A DNA stretch of 64,000 nt from Escherichia phage BB1. Of this stretch, positions 60,326-64,000 are shown in pieces (positions within the stretch are counted from its first letter, which is position 1; every line of letters starts with the position of its first letter). Under the pieces are notes generated by a model, which saw nothing but the letters and a program-made list of their open reading frames with translations, searched no databases and was not told the origin of the DNA. The translations under genes and the position numbers were made by a program. Where the stretch lies: sequence record NC_106597.1. One strand, written 5' to 3'.

Positions 60326-60560
60326 CTTTAAGAATATCCTCTACCATATCACAAGACTGTTGCAATTCATCAGCAATACGTTTAATATCGGTTTTTGTTA
60401 TTTTACCGATTAACATCACCAGTAACATAGAAAGTATAATAAGCGGGACTGGAATAACAAACAGTGCTACCTTAACTATATTCTTTGGTGCCCATGTATG
60501 GTACTTAGTAACCAGTACACCAACCACAATCAAATAAAACGCTAGAATAAACATCATCAT
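60315..60560 (-). CDS. small membrane protein
   Basis: Two hydrophobic helices. Confidence 0.4.
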   Translation of the reverse strand: MMMFILAFYLIVVGVLVTKYHTWAPKNIVKVALFVIPVPLIILSMLLVMLIGKITKTDIKRIADELQQSCDMVEDILKDEA

Positions 60561-60838
60561 TTTTTAATCTCCGTGATTATCTGTGTACGCATTACTTTAG
60601 CAGGTAATTTATTATTCCCAACTATTGCTTCTATATTATTTAATTTTTCCTTAAGAATATCCGAGCGTCTTTGTGCTAATTCAATGTCCTGCTCTTGCTC
60701 TAGCAAACGGTGGTGTAGTCCATCATTAGTAATAAGCATATTTTCCATGCTTTTTCGTGCATTCACAATCCCAATAACTCCACCAATCGCTACTAGTGTC
60801 ATAAGCACTAGCAATCCAATGAGAATTTCTGTAATCAT
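60557..60838 (-). CDS. small type-II-like membrane protein with coiled-coil
   Basis: N-terminal TM helix, coiled-coil tail; ATGA overlap with upstream frame. Confidence 0.4.
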   Translation of the reverse strand: MITEILIGLLVLMTLVAIGGVIGIVNARKSMENMLITNDGLHHRLLEQEQDIELAQRRSDILKEKLNNIEAIVGNNKLPAKVMRTQIITEIKK

Positions 60839-61372
60839 TTATTTAAGTCCTCTAAAGTAGGTAAGGGTTTTGTATGATCAAAAGTTTCTATAACAGCATT
60901 AGGCCCATGTAGTTCTAAACGTAGTTCATTAGCTCTTTGAACTGCCAACTCTAAATCTAGATACCTAAAGTAGCCTCCGTGTACTGTAATGCTTTCGGCG
61001 CTTCTGGCCTGGACTCTCCATTGTTGTCGATCTTTTTTTCCAGGTAACTCCTAAGTACCCCGAATTAGATTGAGCGATTTTGCTACGATTATTCTCTTGG
61101 GACGTACAATCTTTTAAATTACACCATCTATTATCTTTTCTTATATTATTTAAGTGGTGTACTAGATTTGGAATATACCCCTCCATGTACAAAAAGGCTA
61201 ATCTATGGGCTGCATATCTTTTTCTATTTATCCCAATAAATATATAACCATCCTTATCAGGACTACCAGCAATACTACCTGCTTTACCTCGTCCTCTACT
61301 GACTTTCCTTATAAACTCGCCCGTTTCCGGGCGGTATTCAAATAACTCTTTTAATCTTTCTTGTGTTAGCAT
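60835..61372 (-). pseudogene. HNH-AP2 homing-type endonuclease interrupted by a frameshift at an A7 homopolymer
   Basis: HNH motif (HHLNNIRKDNRWCNLKDCTSQENN) in track ORF 60965..61372; a 1-nt shift at the A7 run (+ strand T7, about 61033-61039) restores an AP2-like domain (GVTWKKDRQQWRVQARSAESITVHGGYFRYLDLELAVQRANELRLELHG) ending in an ATGA overlap at 60835. Confidence 0.5.
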
Positions 61373-61662
61373 TTTTTCTTTAATTGCTTGACTTCACGCT
61401 CAAAGCTAGCTGCTCGGCGTTCTGCCACTGCTTGATGCTCCTTAGCAAAGCGTGCCTCTTGTTTTGCTAAGTTAAAGGCCATAGCGTTCTTGTTAAGAGA
61501 ATCATACATCTTCTTCATCGCCGGAATAGACATTTTCATCAGTTGCCCCTCAAATCCTTGCATGTCGAGGAGAATTGCTAATACATTGGCCATTTCAGTC
61601 TTGGTAAGGTTAGAGGCGTCGAAGTCTTTAGTCATGTTTTCCATTAGAATTTCCTCTCTCAT
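61366..61662 (-). CDS. hypothetical protein
   Basis: 98-aa ORF with RBS. Confidence 0.45.
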   Translation of the reverse strand: MREEILMENMTKDFDASNLTKTEMANVLAILLDMQGFEGQLMKMSIPAMKKMYDSLNKNAMAFNLAKQEARFAKEHQAVAERRAASFEREVKQLKKKC

Positions 61663-61722
61663 TAATTTATGAACTTATTATACAGAATTTTAAGGCTTAA
61701 AGCAACTGAATTTTTTAATTAC

Positions 61723-62154
61723 TTACCAATCGTTAACAACGCCGGAGAACTCAGAAGCAAAAACTTTTTCAAATTTCTCTGCAATTTCAGGATGATCTTT
61801 GCAGATCAGCTCAATACAGGCTTCTGGAGTCATTCCTTCATCTTCAGGATCCCCATAGTATTTATCCCAAAGATCATCAGGAATGATATGCTCCGCCAAA
61901 TCTTGGAAAGAGATTAACTGATAACGTTCTGCTTCCTCGGGGATAAGGATTTCACAAAGATCTTTATCTATATCACTACGGTAATCAGCAATTAGCAGGG
62001 CATTGCAAGCATGACACTCCCAAACCATCAAGCGTTCAGAAATAGGATTAGACTTATCCTGTACGTAAGACTGAAACAGGGTTCGGAAAGTTGCCTTAAC
62101 TTGTTCAAACTTATCTGCTGCTGCGAAAACTAGAGCTTTATCAACTTTGTTCAT
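61723..62154 (-). CDS. hypothetical acidic protein
   Basis: 143-aa ORF. Confidence 0.45.
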   Translation of the reverse strand: MNKVDKALVFAAADKFEQVKATFRTLFQSYVQDKSNPISERLMVWECHACNALLIADYRSDIDKDLCEILIPEEAERYQLISFQDLAEHIIPDDLWDKYYGDPEDEGMTPEACIELICKDHPEIAEKFEKVFASEFSGVVNDW

Positions 62155-62313
62155 TTTGTTTCCTTCTCATCAATTTATAAAGTAATTATACAGAAACTTA
62201 AGCATTTTAGCAAATAAAACTTTTAATTAAAATGCCTAGTCCTGTACCAATAGCAATACAAATGATTATAAGTATTGCTACTACTTGTATGATTCGTTTA
62301 ATAATACCCATGA

Positions 62314-62835
62314 TTAGACATTTAACATCCAACTAGTTTTATCATGAGAGGTATATTTACCACTCATTATGTCTTCCAGCCGTACTGGTGATTTTGCATA
62401 CTCAACGCAAACGTTAATATAACGAGGGTCTCCCATTAACTCAAAGTGAGTATGCCCGTGTAAGTTCTTCTTGCCCCTTAACTCTTCTGGATGTACTGGA
62501 GCATGGGAAAGCCAAAAGTTTTTATACTTAACTAGGGATTGTACATTATCTACTACTCCTACTAAGTCTTTGAAAGATAATCCTTCTCGCTCTAAGTCGT
62601 GGTTCCCCAAAACTAATGTAGTTCTAACATTGCTAAAGAGTTTTTCGAACTTCTCCAAACCATTTCTAGATACAAATGCATCTCCTAAAATATAAAATAC
62701 TGTACGCTTATCTTTCATGGATGTAATAGTATCCATAATAAATTCATCATGCTCTTCCATAGTAGAGAAGATTGGTCTGAATTTAGTAATATTTGCATGT
62801 CCTAAGTGGAGATCACTCCAAAAGCAAACTTTCAT
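62314..62835 (-). CDS. metallophosphoesterase (small calcineurin-like phosphoesterase)
   Basis: Motifs DLHLGH, GDAFVSRNG, GNHD, GHTH. Confidence 0.6.
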   Translation of the reverse strand: MKVCFWSDLHLGHANITKFRPIFSTMEEHDEFIMDTITSMKDKRTVFYILGDAFVSRNGLEKFEKLFSNVRTTLVLGNHDLEREGLSFKDLVGVVDNVQSLVKYKNFWLSHAPVHPEELRGKKNLHGHTHFELMGDPRYINVCVEYAKSPVRLEDIMSGKYTSHDKTSWMLNV

Positions 62836-63710
62836 TAAAGAATCCTCTGTATGCCACAGCTATCTTCTCGAAGCGTGGTAAATGTTGTAATTTTGCCAGT
62901 TTCATCATTAACTTGCGCAACCGTCAACTGCCCGTTGAAAACACCGCCAGTATCTAGGTAAACACGATTCTGGTATAAAATAGGGTAAGGTACTCCAGTA
63001 TGCCCATGAAACACAAAGTCTACCCCACTAACTGGGGGTACTTCTACCATGTATTTCTCTTTAAACCCTGCATAACGCTGGAAATGTGAGTGTTCTTCAC
63101 CATTTTTAGCTAAGTGAAAACCTATTTCTTGGATTACATCTCGATCCCATAAGTATGGCTCAACATGGTATCCAGGATGGTCATGTGGGTCTTCCTTAGC
63201 TGTTTCTACTTGTGCAATAAGGCTATCCCATACTGGGGTTTCTACTTCGTTACCGCATTCTTTGTACGTAAAAGATACACCACCATGAACAACACCATAC
63301 TTTTTACCACGATGCAATACAGTCAGAAATACTGGCATTTTTTCAGCCATGTCTTCAGCAATATTTTTAATGGTATCTGCATCTAGTTCATTCATGGCCC
63401 ACATACCACCGTTATACATCCAGTTAGCCCAATCTCCCACAATCATAAATTGGTCATGATTACCACGGACACTGATAAAGCGTGGATTATACAGGAATTT
63501 GGCTAAAACTTGTAGGTTCTGCGTGCCTCGATCAATTAAATCCCCTACGCATACAACGCAGTCTTTCTTGCCGTTATAGCCAGCTAATTGTAGTGCATCT
63601 TCTAGTAAATCGTTGCATCCATGAATATCCCCAACAAAGAATAAGTTAACATCATCAGGTACTACTAGTGTTTTATGCACATTAAATTCTTTTTTCATAA
63701 TTATTCCCAA
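62835..63710 (-). CDS. serine/threonine protein phosphatase (PPP family)
   Basis: GDIHGC, GDLIDRG and GNHD motifs in canonical order. Confidence 0.7.
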   Translation of the reverse strand: MGIIMKKEFNVHKTLVVPDDVNLFFVGDIHGCNDLLEDALQLAGYNGKKDCVVCVGDLIDRGTQNLQVLAKFLYNPRFISVRGNHDQFMIVGDWANWMYNGGMWAMNELDADTIKNIAEDMAEKMPVFLTVLHRGKKYGVVHGGVSFTYKECGNEVETPVWDSLIAQVETAKEDPHDHPGYHVEPYLWDRDVIQEIGFHLAKNGEEHSHFQRYAGFKEKYMVEVPPVSGVDFVFHGHTGVPYPILYQNRVYLDTGGVFNGQLTVAQVNDETGKITTFTTLREDSCGIQRIL

Positions 63711-63946
63711 ATAACATTTAAAATAGTTGTACCATAATTATTTGATAGTTTGAGAGTATAACCCTCTTTATTGAGGGCTTTTATAGCTTCATAACTAATT
63801 TCGTCACGATTAAGCTGTACAAAAGAACCTCCAATCTCGACAGAAGATACTATCCTCCGCTTAACCCATCTATACGTTTTCTTTCGGCTCTTGAGAAGAG
63901 CAGCTCTATTAACTCTAGCTAAACGTTTTGCTTGCTCTGCTAACAT
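63701..63946 (-). CDS. hypothetical basic protein
   Basis: 81-aa ORF overlapping the phosphatase start. Confidence 0.4.
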   Translation of the reverse strand: MLAEQAKRLARVNRAALLKSRKKTYRWVKRRIVSSVEIGGSFVQLNRDEISYEAIKALNKEGYTLKLSNNYGTTILNVIWE

Positions 63947-64000
63947 TTAATCCTCCTATCAATCTATATAAATATTATACCAAAATTTTTAGCAAAAAGC

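Noticed and set aside
46415-63386. Assorted antisense ORFs in the pre-early and early regions (46415..46597, 48179..48388, 48737..48928, 49491..49685, 50632..50823, 52547..52756, 52896..53120, 52901..53101, 53828..54048, 54480..54671, 54607..54816, 55188..55430, 57963..58387, 58405..58635, 59073..59321, 59331..59537, 59815..60024, 60228..60413, 60573..60860, 61490..61672, 61669..61917, 62471..62695, 63165..63386)
   Set aside because: Antisense to or overlapping genes with consistent operon orientation and start signals.
1-64000. Prophage or integrative element (integrase, att sites, host flanks)
   Set aside because: No integrase or recombinase and no host-like flanking genes; content is that of a virulent T5-like genome throughout.

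Overview
The window reads as one contiguous segment of a T5-like virulent siphophage genome (Demerecviridae type). It is AT-rich, with no integrase, tRNA or CRISPR array that I could find. All calls come from reading the sequence and the supplied ORF track; no searches were run. Coordinates of non-ORF features were hand-counted and may be off by 1-2 nt. Layout: (1) 1-17.6 kb, + strand: DNA replication and recombination module (split NAD-dependent ligase, DnaB-like helicase, primase, family-A DNA polymerase, SF2 helicase, SbcCD-like nuclease, flap endonuclease, dUTPase), with several near-consensus sigma70 promoters and rho-independent terminators. (2) 17.7-44.3 kb, - strand: late structural module (L-shaped tail fibre, tail tip proteins, tape measure, tail tube, head-tail joining, capsid, protease, decoration, portal, HNH endonuclease, terminase, receptor-binding protein), plus a divergently transcribed lipoprotein gene (llp-like). 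(3) 45.8-56.1 kb: a GC-richer region resembling the T5 terminal-repeat/pre-early region (HAD-family Dmp-like, A1-like phosphoesterase, small genes separated by GC-rich hairpins, DnaA boxes, and a repeat-dense non-coding block resembling an injection-stop region). (4) 56.4-64 kb, - strand: early genes (small membrane proteins, an HNH-AP2 endonuclease broken at an A7 tract, two metallophosphoesterases). I did not find one single obvious novel system; the best candidates for follow-up are the repeat-dense 54.7-56.1 kb block, the hairpin-punctuated pre-early operon, the inverted DnaA-box modules bracketing a small-gene cassette, and a recurring terminator-plus-motif element in the late operon.
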